The notes: a model not told the origin generated them from the sequence alone. Shown: positions 29,145 through 40,722, counted from the first letter of the stretch. The stretch: DNA of 64,000 nt from Candidatus Multivorans sp. (GCA_965247095.1 OZ251997.1:3840001-3904000), one strand, 5' to 3'. Numbers and translations: made by a program.

Positions 29145-30420
29145 CAGTGCTGTCCCACAAACTTCAGCGCAGTGCGAGTTGAGTCTGTGCGTTTCTGGGA
29201 TCAGGGGGTCCGCTCCGGGGTTCGAACAGGTCCAGGAGCGGTCTTCGCGCGAACAGGTTGAGTTGCAGGAGGCGCAGGATTTCGCTCATGGTCCAGGACA
29301 TCTTGTTGACGAACTTCAGGTAGGCGAGCAGGAGATGCACGCACATGGCGATCCAGATCTGGGTCATGACGGCATTGCGCGAAGTGCCGACGAAGCTCTT
29401 GATGCGCAGGTTCTGCTTGATCCACTTGAAGAAGGTCTCGATCTGCCAACGCTGCTTGTAGATGGCCGCGATGGTCTTCGGAGCGAGCCTGAAGTTGTTG
29501 GTGAGGAACGCGTAGAACTTCTTCGTGTCGGGGTCGCGATAGCCGACTCGACGCAGCGGAATCGGACACCGGGCGCGGCCTCTGACGCTGGTCAACTCGA
29601 TGATCTGGTCCGAGGTCACGCCCGTCCCAGGCGCGAACGACCGCCGCTCTCGAACCGCGTACTTGATCTTGCGCTTCAGCCGAGTGACCAGGAAAACCCC
29701 TTGTGCATCAAGGGATTTCAGCCACTCGAAGTCGAGGTACAGCCGGTCCGCAGCGACGATGCTTCCCTTCGGCAGACGAAGGGACCGCGCCACCTCAACG
29801 TCCGACCCCTTGCCGTCCGTGACTTGCAGGAACGCCGGCAGAAAGCCTTCGTGGTCCAGCCCCACGTGGAGCTTCAGCGCCCCCTTCGTCGTGCGGTACT
29901 GCGCCCACGGAAACAGCTCCAGGCACAGGTCCACGTACGTCGCATCCAGCGAGAACAGCTTGTTGTGGAACCGGAACCCGTGCCCCGGCGCCGTCGTACG
30001 GCATCGCGCCAGCAAACGACCGAACAACGCCTCGTAGAGACCGGAGGGCTGCTTCTCGTTGACGCGCGCCAGCGACGACCGGGCCACCCGGCCCACGCCA
30101 AGGTGGTAGAGCTTGTGAGCCTGCGCGTCCAGGTTCGACACGATGTCGCGCAGGCTGCACCGCCCGGAAAGCTGGGCCGTCGCCATCGCTACGAACTGGC
30201 TCCAGCGGCTCATCGAGCGCAGCTTGCGTCCCCTGTGGTGCCTTCCCGCCTCCCGCTCGAACTCATGTCTCGACACCAGCTTGAGGAACTGACCGAGTAC
30301 GGTACCATTGTGCGCCATGGGTCTGGATCTCCTTGCCGTCATTGGCTTTGTGTGAAAACCAATCATACGACAGGGCACGATTCAGACCCATCCTGACCCT
30401 CCGTTTGTGGGACAGCACTG
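29145..30420 (-). mobile_element. IS4-family element
   Basis: Perfect 18-bp IR CAGTGCTGTCCCACAAAC; 9-bp target duplication GTGAGCGAT at 29136-29144 and 30421-30429. Confidence 0.95.
29164..30318 (-). CDS. IS4-family transposase
   Basis: LDAT, ALKLHVGLD, AADRLY, IYKQRWQIETFFKWIKQNL. Confidence 0.93.
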   Translation of the reverse strand: MAHNGTVLGQFLKLVSRHEFEREAGRHHRGRKLRSMSRWSQFVAMATAQLSGRCSLRDIVSNLDAQAHKLYHLGVGRVARSSLARVNEKQPSGLYEALFGRLLARCRTTAPGHGFRFHNKLFSLDATYVDLCLELFPWAQYRTTKGALKLHVGLDHEGFLPAFLQVTDGKGSDVEVARSLRLPKGSIVAADRLYLDFEWLKSLDAQGVFLVTRLKRKIKYAVRERRSFAPGTGVTSDQIIELTSVRGRARCPIPLRRVGYRDPDTKKFYAFLTNNFRLAPKTIAAIYKQRWQIETFFKWIKQNLRIKSFVGTSRNAVMTQIWIAMCVHLLLAYLKFVNKMSWTMSEILRLLQLNLFARRPLLDLFEPRSGPPDPRNAQTQLALR

Positions 30421-31966
30421 GTGAGCGATGGAGATTTCTATGCGGAGAAGACAGATCGAGAAATCCAGATTGCGGTGACGTTCTCGGAGCTTTCGGCCTC
30501 CGCGCGCAACCTCTTCAGGTACTATCTCGATGGCGATACCCTAACAGTGACGCGCGTGTTTAGGCAGGGGGTGGGTGGCAAGGGCGCGACCTATCACGGA
30601 GTTCGCCGGCAGCATAGCGGCTTCAGCGAGGTTCGGGCGGCGACTACGAAGCAGGAAACCAGGCGGCGGTACGCGGCTCTGCGGAAAGAACCTATGTACG
30701 CGGACCTACCCGCGGCCAAGTCCGCTGATGCTGCTCGGGCGGCCCTCGGCGCCTGGGAAGATGAGAATCCAGCTTCTTGCTGTCCGATGCGAGACGAAGG
30801 CCAGTTCTTTGGCTTCACAGGTGTGGGGCGGGGATACCTAGGTCGACATACGCGCTACATCAGGGTGCCCGCTGTCCGGGACGCCCTTACGGACGCAACT
30901 GAGGGCCGAGGTTCGTACCTTACCGAGATCATGAACCTAGTCACGCGTAGCGCGCTCTCGGAACGTGCTGACATCGAGGGCTTTCGGCGTGATATGCAGG
31001 CCAAGTATGAGGAACTGCTGGATCCCGCGGGCCTCCCGGAACTGATGGACCTCGGGAAGCGCCTGACGACAACGTTGTCTCGGTATGCGCCAGAGGCTCA
31101 TGCCACGCTGACATGGTCCGGCTTTACGCCGATTCCGATCGGGATGCCCGTGGCGGAGGTTCGCCTTTGCGAGGACGGCTACGAATCGCCGGTAGACCAA
31201 ACGGGTCACGGTCTTCAGCGGGCGTTCATCTTCACCATGCTTGAGCAACTGGCCGGTTCCAAGGACCAGCCGGTCGCTGACCTTGAGGCAGGCGTCCAGG
31301 CCGAGGGCATCCCCAACGTGGTTTTCGCGATCGAGGAGCCGGAAATCTACCAGCACCCGGGGCGGCAACGGCACTTGGCTTCTGTGTTGCTCAAGCTCGC
31401 CGAAGGCTCCGTCGCGGGCGTGGCTGGGAATACCCAGGTGATCTACACAACGCACGCACCCCTCTTTGTTGGCTTGGATCGATTCGATCAGGTAAGAGTG
31501 CTCAGCAAGAGAAACGTCGAGGGGGGCGGACCGGCGGCGACTGCCGTGGCCGCTGTCACTCTTGAAGAGATTGCTCAGCGGTTGGCTTGCCTCTACAGGC
31601 GAACTCCGGCGACCCACACGTCCGACAGTCTTCGGCCCCGAATGCAGGCAATCATGACGCCGTGGATGAACGAGGGTTTCTTCGCGGATGTGGTAGTGCT
31701 AGTAGAAGGGGAGGCCGACCGCTTGGCGCTTCTGGCAGTGGCGGCTGCGCAAGGGTGTGATCTGGAGGCGCTCGGCGTTTGTGTCGTTCCGTGCGGTGGG
31801 AAACACAGCATGGATCGCCCGGCCGTTGTGTTCCAATCTCTCGGTATTGAGACATATCTGGTTTGGGACAACGACAGAGGCGGGGGCGAGTCCCTCTCTG
31901 CCAACGTACGTGACACAGCGGCCATCCCGTTGAATAGTGGAGGGCACACGTTGGCAAGGAGGATCA

Positions 31967-32452
31967 ATGTCAAGACGAGAGCAGAGGTTTGGCGGCGGCT
32001 CGGAGCTCCCGGCCGCGGGGGTTGAGGAGCGTAGCGACGAGGCCCCCGCGGCCGGCGCGGCGCCCGCCGGGGCGGTTCCCGACCCGGAAGTGCTGGCGAG
32101 ACCGACCAGGCGGCAGTTCACGGCGGAGTACCGGCTGCGGATTCTGGAGGAAGCGGACCGATGCACCCACCGCGGCGAGGTGGGTCGGCTGCTGCGGCGA
32201 GAGGGTCTGTACAGCTCCCATCTGGCCAACTGGCGCAAGGCGCGGCGCGAGGGCGCGCTTTCCGGTCTGAGGCCGAAGAAGCGGGGCCGCAAGCCGAACG
32301 AGGCCAACCCTCTGAGGCCGAAGGTGAAGCGGCTGGAAGCGAAGGTCAAGCGTCTCGAGAGGGAAGTCGCCGCCGCGCACACGATCCTGGACGTCCAGGG
32401 AAAAGTTGCAGGGCTGCTGGGATTCAGCCTCGAAGACGGGAAGGACTGCTGA
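31967..32452 (+). CDS. IS3-family OrfA
   Basis: RRQFTAEYRLRILEEAD...LLRREGLYSSHLANWR; G GGA AAA slippery site near 32398. Confidence 0.88.
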   Translation: MSRREQRFGGGSELPAAGVEERSDEAPAAGAAPAGAVPDPEVLARPTRRQFTAEYRLRILEEADRCTHRGEVGRLLRREGLYSSHLANWRKARREGALSGLRPKKRGRKPNEANPLRPKVKRLEAKVKRLEREVAAAHTILDVQGKVAGLLGFSLEDGKDC

Positions 32453-33450
32453 TGGCGGCAAGGTCCCTGGCCCGGCAGGTCGGCGTCGCGCCGGCGTGCC
32501 GGGCGCTGGGCGTATCGCGATCGACCTTCTATCGTCGTGCGAGGCCCGCTCCCGGGCGACGGCAGCCCCGCCCCACGCCTGCCCGGGCACTGAGCCAGAT
32601 CGAGCGGAAACGGGTCGAGGCCACGCTTGCGTCGCCGCGTTTCGTCGATCGTTCGCCGGGAGAAGTGGTGGCCACCCTGCTCGACGAGGGCCGCTACCTG
32701 TGCTCGGAGCGCACGATGTACCGCATCCTCGAAGCGAACCACCCCGTGAGGGACCGCCGCAACCAGCGCGTCCATCCGTCGTACGCCAAGCCGGAGCTGG
32801 TCGCTGTCGCGCCCAACCAGGTCTGGTCGTGGGACATCACCAGGCTGCTCGGACCGCAGACCTGGACCTACTACTACCTCTACGTCCTGCTTGACCTCCT
32901 AAGCCGCTACGCGGTCGGCTGGATGGTCGCCGACCGCGAGAACTCCGCGCTCGCCCAAAGGCTCATCGAGGAGACCTGCCTCAAGCACGGCGTCAAGCCC
33001 CATGTCCTGACCCTGCATTCCGATCGAGGCGCCCCCATGACCAGCCAGGGTACCGCCCAACTGCTCGCCCGCCTCGGCGTGAACCGGTCCCTGGGCCGCC
33101 CGCGGGTCAGCGACGACAACCCCTACTCCGAAGCACAGTTCAAGACCCTCAAGTACCACCCCGACTTCCCCAGCCGCTTCCCCAACCAGGACGCCGCGAC
33201 CGACTACTGCAGGTCCTTCTTCCCCTGGTACAACACCGAACACCGCCATGCCGGCATCGCCATGCTGACCCCCGAGACCGTCCACTACGGCCGGGCGCAA
33301 GCCGTGATCGAGCAGCGCCAACGCACGCTGAGCGCCGCCTGGGAAAGCTCCCCCGAACGATTCGTCGGCGGCCAACCGATGCATACGCCACTGCCCCAGG
33401 CCGTCTGGATCAACAAGCCCGACAACGAGACTGCAGAGACGACTCAGTAA
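32452..33450 (+). CDS. IS3-family OrfB (DDE)
   Basis: PNQVWSWDIT, LHSDRG, DDNPYSEAQFKTLKY, WYNTEHRH. Confidence 0.9.
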   Translation: MAARSLARQVGVAPACRALGVSRSTFYRRARPAPGRRQPRPTPARALSQIERKRVEATLASPRFVDRSPGEVVATLLDEGRYLCSERTMYRILEANHPVRDRRNQRVHPSYAKPELVAVAPNQVWSWDITRLLGPQTWTYYYLYVLLDLLSRYAVGWMVADRENSALAQRLIEETCLKHGVKPHVLTLHSDRGAPMTSQGTAQLLARLGVNRSLGRPRVSDDNPYSEAQFKTLKYHPDFPSRFPNQDAATDYCRSFFPWYNTEHRHAGIAMLTPETVHYGRAQAVIEQRQRTLSAAWESSPERFVGGQPMHTPLPQAVWINKPDNETAETTQ

Positions 33451-33882
33451 ATCCAGAACCCCGCTGTGTCAATGTCGTTGACAGGTTCCGAGTCGGCGGC
33501 GGAAGCGAACAAGATATTGTTGAGAATCGTCGGAGCCTCTATCGAAGATTGGCCGGCGGGCGTTTGGGACAAGCATGCGTGTTTGGACGGAAACTTGGAG
33601 AAGACGCTGCGTCGGGAGATTGGGGAGGACGCCTTGTGGGAGTTGGTGGAGGAGTGTTGTGAGCTGTTCGGAATGAAGCGACGTGAAGCAGCGAAGAACG
33701 CGGTGGTGTTAAAGACCCTCATTGAGAAAGCGAACTTGCGTGCGTGTCGTAGCGCTACGCTTGCGGCTATTGTGGAAAGATTGGTGGCGTTGAAGGAGTC
33801 TGTGAAGAGGGGACGCGATGGTGCAGACTGAGGCGGCCGTCGGCCGTGGGCATTCGAACCGGTTCTCTGGAGGACTCACTCT

Positions 33883-34203
33883 ATGCCTGGAAAGTCAGAC
33901 TCGAAACGAACCATCGTCGACGCGATCAGAGCGCGAAGGGTTCTACTCGTTGGCTACTATCGGCCACGCGGCTATCGACGCGTAGAACCGCATGCCTGCG
34001 GAGTCAGCAAGCGTGGCAATGACGTCGTGCGGGTGTACCAGGTCAGTGGGCCGAGCCGGTCCGGTGAGAGAGTTGACTTCTGGAAAATGATGAGGCTCGA
34101 CCGCATCCACGACATCCAGGTTCTCGACGAAACGCTGGCCGAAGCACGCGCAGGTTACGAGCGGGGAGATGCTGACATGAAGTGGATTTACGAGGAGCTA
34201 TGA
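33883..34203 (+). CDS. Stand-alone WYL-like domain protein (106 aa, no HTH)
   Basis: IVDAIRARRVLLVGY...RRVEPHACG...VRVYQ...WKMMRLDRIHDI; RBS GGAGGA. Confidence 0.75.
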   Translation: MPGKSDSKRTIVDAIRARRVLLVGYYRPRGYRRVEPHACGVSKRGNDVVRVYQVSGPSRSGERVDFWKMMRLDRIHDIQVLDETLAEARAGYERGDADMKWIYEEL

Positions 34204-34402
34204 GTCAGCAATTCCTCTGCAGGTGAAACCGTCTGCAACGGCGTGTTTTGCCCATGAGCCTCTCCGCCAACGGACAACCGGTCCACGAGGACGCGGCGTC
34301 CGAGGTCACAGGGCCTGTGTTCCTAGGCTGGGCGGTGAGATCTGTGGAGTCTCGGTACTCAGCCCTTCACCTACGATAGCGCCCTTGGGCTTTGCGCCTC
34401 CC

Positions 34403-34822
34403 TCACAGCGTGTTCGGCAGGTGCGCGGTTTCCAGGCGTGCCTCCACCCGGCGGACTACGACGTCCGCGAGTTGGACTGCCTCGGACTGTTCCTCGTCGG
34501 TGATTCGCTCCGCGATCCCGGGATAGCGAACCGTTGCAGCGTAGGGCGTGAGCTTCCTGGCTTGCTGGACCGTGGCCGGTATCGTTTCGCCGGCTTCAGC
34601 GAGCAGGGATAGCAGTGCACCCAGGTCGTGAACGTAGGGAAACTCGATCCCCCGGTGGATCACCAGCGCCTTGGTCGCCTTCTCGGCGGCTTACTGGGCT
34701 TCGAAGCAGAGATCTTCAAGGTACACGCCTTCGACGCGGCTCCTTGCCAAGCGGAGATTGCTCTTCGCTCGGTTCAACCACTCCCGCGGGTCGTCGGCCG
34801 CGAGCCGTTCAGGCGGCTTCAT
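34403..34822 (-). pseudogene. HEPN domain toxin with a premature stop
   Basis: DDPREWLNRAKSNL...LCFEAQ*AAEKATKAL...FPYVHDL...LTPYA..VRYP; TAA at 34691-34693 replaces Gln. Confidence 0.85.
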
Positions 34823-35123
34823 AGACGACTGTGCCCTCGCGCAACGCGGGTTTGATGACCAACGCGTGGCTGTCCCTGTATTGCTCAACGTCGTCGGGCG
34901 TCACCACGACCGCGTCCACCGCCACAGTGATGCCCTTGAGATTCATGTAGATGGCGGCAACCAGCTCGCGCCGGTTCGCCCCCTCCTTGATTACAAGTAG
35001 GTCGACATCACTGAGGGGACCCATGTCGCCTCGCGAGGCCGACCCGAAGAGGATGATCCGCTCCGGCTGGGCGACTTCCACGATCCGGCCCACGATGTCG
35101 TCGAGTGTCTTCTGGTCAAGCAT
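34809..35123 (-). CDS. Minimal nucleotidyltransferase (MNT) antitoxin
   Basis: IILFGSASRGD....SDVDLLVI; overlaps the HEPN start. Confidence 0.9.
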   Translation of the reverse strand: MLDQKTLDDIVGRIVEVAQPERIILFGSASRGDMGPLSDVDLLVIKEGANRRELVAAIYMNLKGITVAVDAVVVTPDDVEQYRDSHALVIKPALREGTVVYEAA

Positions 35124-35175
35124 CTGAAGTTCCTGATTCTAGGAGGTAGGCCGAAACCCACGCTCTACGGCCGCT

Positions 35176-37083
35176 CTACCCCCGAGGCCGCAGCACCCGC
35201 CGCCGGTCTCCCTCCCGCCGCGTCAGACGCTGGCGATCCAGGTGCTCCAGCAACGGGATCGCCCATTTGCGGGTGAGGCCGAAGCGGTCCTTGAACTCCG
35301 ACACGGTAAAGGTCTCCCAGCCGGTGGCAAGCAGGTCGGCCTGGAACTTCTCCAAGGCCCCGGTAGCCAGGACAAGGCCGTTCGGCAGCCGGGTCAGCTT
35401 GCCGCGCTCGACGAGGTAGCGGAACACGCCGTCGAAGACCTGGGGTTTCGCGCCGAGGCTGCGGCTGAGTTCCTCAGGCGAGCCCGGGGTGAGTCCCTGG
35501 TTCTCGAATCCCTGGACGATGCCCTGCGCGAGCCTGGATTCGACCTCGGTCAGTTCGCCGGCGCGGCCGGGCAGGGTGACGAGTTCACCTTCGACGGCTA
35601 CCGCCTTGTCCGAACCGCCCTGACCAGCCCAGTTGAGGTAGGCGGGGGCGAGGTCGGCCGCGTGAGCGCCGAGTAGCCGCCGTACGAGTTCGGCCTTGGG
35701 CATGCCCCGGGACAGGCGGTCGGCGGCGAAGTGTGCCTCAACCAGCCGGCGGGCGCGGCGCGACACGTTGCGGACGGTGGCCGCGCCGACGAACCGCTCG
35801 GGTCCCGCCTCGAGCAGCAGGCCTTCCTGGGCGGCGCCGGTCAGCACACTCGCGGCATCGCCGCGGACGACCCCCAGCCGCAGTGCGAGTTCGGAGGTTG
35901 CAAGGCCGGCCTCCCGGCCGTCCGCCGCCCACTGCACGGCCGCCTCGCTCGTGCCCGCGGTGAGGGCGTCGATCGTCGTTCCGAGAGCCTTGCCGCGGCG
36001 GTGGCGCCAGGCCGGGTCCAGGACCTCGCCGCCGCCGAGGGTGGTTTGGGGCGACGGCCGCCGGATCACGAAGCGGTCTCCGCGAATTGCCACCAGCGGC
36101 GCCTCCAGGCGGATCTCCGCCACGGCCTCTCCGCCCGGTTCCAGTCGTTCCGGTGACAGCGGTCGGAGTTTGCCGAGCCGCTGCGCGGCCATGACGTGCA
36201 GCCGGACGGAGCAGCTTCCCTGGATCGCCTCGGGCGCCGACGGCAGGAGCCGGCAGCGGACGAGCAGCGAGGACGCGGCCCGGTAGACGCCGGGTGCGCC
36301 CAGTTCGTGGCCTCGGGCGACGTCTTCGAGGCCGACGCCGACCAATTGCAACGAAGTGCGTTCGCCGGCCTCCGCCCGCTGGCGGTCTTCGCCGTGGACT
36401 TCGATGCTGCGCACCCGGGCGCGGCCGCCGCCGGGCAGGATGTCCAACTCGTCGCCGGTCGTGACGGTTCCCCTGGCCAGGGTGCCGGTCACCAGGACTC
36501 CGAGCCCCTTCAGGTGGAAGGCGCGGTCGATCGGCAGGCGGGCGGGTAGCCCGCTGTGGCGGTCGATCGGCGCCGCCTCGCCGGCGAGCCGGACCAGGGT
36601 CTCGCGGAGTTGCTCCAGGCCCGTTCCAGTCTCGGACGAGACGGGCAGGATGGGCGCTTCGGCGAACGGGGTGTCGGCGAGCGTTTCCTCAAGTTCCAAG
36701 TGCGCCAGCTCCAGCAGATCGGGAGGCACCAGGTCCGTCTTCGAGAGCACCGCGACACCGGCCGGAATCTGGAGCAGCGAGCAGATCGCGAGGTGTTCCA
36801 GGGTCTGGGGCATGACCCCTTCGTCGGCCGCCACGACCAGGGCCATCATCTGGATTCCACCCAGTCCCGCGAGTGCGTTGCGCACGAACCGCTCGTGTCC
36901 CGGCACATCGACGAAGCCGATCTGCCAGCCGTTCTCGATCATCGACGCGAAGCCGAGATCGATGGTGATGCCGCGCCGTTTCTCTTCCTCCCAGCGGTCG
37001 CAGTCGACCCCGGTCAGGGCGTGGACGAGGCGGGTCTTGCCGTGGTCGACGTGGCCGGCGGTGCCGACGACGAATCGCTTCAC
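35176..37083 (-). CDS. selB: Selenocysteine-specific elongation factor
   Basis: GTAGHVDHGKT, EEKRRGITIDLGFA, DVPGHERF; C-terminal wHTH FKDRFGLTRKWAIPLLEHLD. Confidence 0.95.
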   Translation of the reverse strand: MKRFVVGTAGHVDHGKTRLVHALTGVDCDRWEEEKRRGITIDLGFASMIENGWQIGFVDVPGHERFVRNALAGLGGIQMMALVVAADEGVMPQTLEHLAICSLLQIPAGVAVLSKTDLVPPDLLELAHLELEETLADTPFAEAPILPVSSETGTGLEQLRETLVRLAGEAAPIDRHSGLPARLPIDRAFHLKGLGVLVTGTLARGTVTTGDELDILPGGGRARVRSIEVHGEDRQRAEAGERTSLQLVGVGLEDVARGHELGAPGVYRAASSLLVRCRLLPSAPEAIQGSCSVRLHVMAAQRLGKLRPLSPERLEPGGEAVAEIRLEAPLVAIRGDRFVIRRPSPQTTLGGGEVLDPAWRHRRGKALGTTIDALTAGTSEAAVQWAADGREAGLATSELALRLGVVRGDAASVLTGAAQEGLLLEAGPERFVGAATVRNVSRRARRLVEAHFAADRLSRGMPKAELVRRLLGAHAADLAPAYLNWAGQGGSDKAVAVEGELVTLPGRAGELTEVESRLAQGIVQGFENQGLTPGSPEELSRSLGAKPQVFDGVFRYLVERGKLTRLPNGLVLATGALEKFQADLLATGWETFTVSEFKDRFGLTRKWAIPLLEHLDRQRLTRREGDRRRVLRPRG

Positions 37084-37093
37084 AGTGTTCGCT

Positions 37094-38461
<1,368 letters not shown>

Positions 38462-38471
38462 GGTGTTCCGT

Positions 38472-40721
38472 TCAGGCTGGGTGGGTACTGCTGTCCTGCG
38501 GCAGTTCGATCGCGAAGGTCGTGCCGCGTGGTTGGTTGTCCTCGACCCGAATCGAGCCGTTGTGGTCGTTGACGATGCGCTGGACGATAGCGAGACCGAG
38601 CCCCGAGCCGCGTCCCTTGGTCGAGAAGTAGGGCAGGAACAGCTTCTCGCGCGCCGCCTTCGGAACGCCGCTGCCGGTGTCGCTGACGGAGAGGTCGAAG
38701 ACGCCGTTGCTGCGGCCGGCGCGGACCGTGACCAGTCCGGGCGGGGTGGTGGCGGCGATGGCATTGTCGAGCAGGTTGACGAGGGCGGAACGCATCTGGT
38801 CGGCGTCGAGTTTGGCGTGCAGGCCGTCTGCCCCGGCCTCGATATGGGCCTCGACTTCGACCCCCGGCTTCAGTTCCCGGTAGAGATCGACGGTCTCGCC
38901 GATCAGACGTTCGACATCGACGTCGCGGGGCTGGGGCCGGCGCATGCGGGCGTAGCGCGCGAACTCGTCGACCAGGTTCAGCATGTTGCCGACCTCGCGC
39001 ACGATGATGGACGACCCTTCCTCGATCGCGGCCTCCAGGCTCTTGTCGTTCTTCTTGGCCTTGCGCAGCATGCGTTCCGCGGCGAGCTTGATCGGCGTCA
39101 ACGGGTTCTTGATTTCGTGCGCGATGCGCCGCGCCGCCTCGGTCCAGGTGGCGGCCTTCTGGGCGTCGAGCAGGGCGGTCAGATCCTCGATCACGATGAC
39201 GTGGCCGAGCAGTTCGAAGCCGCCTCTGCCGCTCGGGGCGCGCATCGGACTGGTCTTCACCTCCAGCGTCTTCCAGTCGTCCTTGCCGCCCAGGCTGACT
39301 TCCCGACGTGCCGGCGCGGCTTGCGAGCGGCGCGGGCCAGCGGCGTCGGGCAGGTCGGCGAACACAACTTCGATTCCGCGGTCGGGCAGCAGCTCGCTCA
39401 GGGCTTCCGGGGGAGCGCCGGCAAGCGGGATGTCGGCGGGCAGGCCCAACATTTCGAGGGCGGCGCGATTGCAGGTCAGGATCCTTCCGTCGCGATCGAG
39501 CGACAACACGCCGGCGGGACCGCTCTCGAGCACCGCCTCGATCCGCGCGCGCTCGGCGTCCAGACGGCGATTCGTGGCGACCAGGTCGCGGTTCGAGTCC
39601 TGGAGCGCGTCCGTCATCCGGTTGAACGAGTCGACGAGCACCTGGACCTCGTCGTCGGCGGCCGCTTCGACCCGGTGTTCCAGGTCGCCGCCGGCGATGC
39701 GCCGGGTACCGTCCGCCAGCGCTTCGATCGGTCCGGTTATCCGGCCCGCGAGATAGAGGCCGACCCAGCAGGAGACGAGCAGGATGCAGAGGGTGACGGT
39801 CAGGAACAGCAGCCAGTACGCGGCCTGGATCTCGTCGCGCTGGGCGTGCAATTGCCGGCGCGACTGGTAGGCGCCGATCAGGGTCTCCGTGTTGCCGGCG
39901 AGTTCGGCATCGAGCAGCCTGCCGGCCACTGCCACGGTGGCCTCGGCGCCGCCGTTCGTGGCCGCCGCCGCGAAGATCAGGCGCTCTTCCTTGCCGGAAA
40001 CCTCGCCTATGGCGCGCGCGGCGCCGGTGCGAATCGCTTCCAGCAGCATGCCGCGCGTCGGTTCGGGCACTTCGGACAGAGTCTGGGAGTTGACCCTCGC
40101 GTAGAGAAAGGTCGTGTCCCGGTACACGGCCAGGTAGTCCAGGTCGGCCAAGGGCAGCGTCTCCCCCAGGGCCCGCAGGAGGCTGCCCCGGCCGCGCGGG
40201 TCGTCGAGGTCGAGATCGGCCGTGTCGCGGAGGAAGCGCTCCGCGTCGCGCAGCAACTGGTCCTGGTGGGTGGAGGTGAGAGCCTGGGAGACCTGGTTCG
40301 CCGGTTCCAGCAGGTCGTCGATATCGGTGCGGAACATGCGGTCGATCGAGCCCTGCAGGAGTTCGGTCGCGTAGGCGAACAGGACCAGTCCCGGAATCAG
40401 CGACAGGCCGATGTAGGTCAGGATCAGCTTGGTGCGGAACTTGGCGCCGAGACGCTGCCGCCGCCGCTCGATCCACAGCTTGGTCAGGTTGCGGACGAGG
40501 ACGAAGGCGACGATCAGGATCAGCACCACGTTCAGGTTGCGCAGCGCGAACAGGAGGATGCTGTTGTTGAGCAGCGTGGGATCGATCTGGCTGCCGCGCT
40601 GGAGCGCGTAGTAGCCAGCCGTTGGCACCGCGAGGGCCAGCACCAGCAGCCAGACCAGGAAGCGATTGCTCTTGATCAGTTCGCGCAGCGAGCGCGGCGG
40701 GGTGGCTTGCGTGGCGGTCAC
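38472..40721 (-). CDS. ntrY: NtrY-like HAMP/PAS sensor histidine kinase
   Basis: WTEAARRIAHEIKNPLTPI, NLLDNA, DTGSG, FLPYFSTK..GSGLGL. Confidence 0.85.
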   Translation of the reverse strand: MTATQATPPRSLRELIKSNRFLVWLLVLALAVPTAGYYALQRGSQIDPTLLNNSILLFALRNLNVVLILIVAFVLVRNLTKLWIERRRQRLGAKFRTKLILTYIGLSLIPGLVLFAYATELLQGSIDRMFRTDIDDLLEPANQVSQALTSTHQDQLLRDAERFLRDTADLDLDDPRGRGSLLRALGETLPLADLDYLAVYRDTTFLYARVNSQTLSEVPEPTRGMLLEAIRTGAARAIGEVSGKEERLIFAAAATNGGAEATVAVAGRLLDAELAGNTETLIGAYQSRRQLHAQRDEIQAAYWLLFLTVTLCILLVSCWVGLYLAGRITGPIEALADGTRRIAGGDLEHRVEAAADDEVQVLVDSFNRMTDALQDSNRDLVATNRRLDAERARIEAVLESGPAGVLSLDRDGRILTCNRAALEMLGLPADIPLAGAPPEALSELLPDRGIEVVFADLPDAAGPRRSQAAPARREVSLGGKDDWKTLEVKTSPMRAPSGRGGFELLGHVIVIEDLTALLDAQKAATWTEAARRIAHEIKNPLTPIKLAAERMLRKAKKNDKSLEAAIEEGSSIIVREVGNMLNLVDEFARYARMRRPQPRDVDVERLIGETVDLYRELKPGVEVEAHIEAGADGLHAKLDADQMRSALVNLLDNAIAATTPPGLVTVRAGRSNGVFDLSVSDTGSGVPKAAREKLFLPYFSTKGRGSGLGLAIVQRIVNDHNGSIRVEDNQPRGTTFAIELPQDSSTHPA

Positions 40722-40722
40722 G

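Larger units (their letters stand above)
31892..33490 (+). mobile_element. IS3-family element
   Basis: Imperfect IRs CCCTCTCTGCCAACGTACGTGACACA and (reverse complement) CGGAACCTGTCAACGACATTGACACA; AGT duplicated (exact boundary ambiguous within CGAGTC). Confidence 0.85.
28983..33831 (+). pseudogene. OLD-family ATP-dependent nuclease (ABC ATPase + TOPRIM) split by IS4 and IS3 insertions: segments 28983-29144, 30430-31891, 33494-33831
   Basis: Walker A GRNGAGKSS, GHGLQR, FAIEEPE..QHP, TTH, TOPRIM VLVEGEAD / PCGGK / WDND; segments join in frame to 653 aa. Confidence 0.9.

Noticed and set aside
28983-34203. Calling the OLD locus Gabija or PARIS
   Set aside because: No UvrD-like GajB gene; ATPase and TOPRIM are fused, and the partners are KTSC and WYL.
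34204-34400. Possible DUF433-like antitoxin remnant on the minus strand (WTGCPLAERLMGK)
   Set aside because: The similarity is too short to support without a search.
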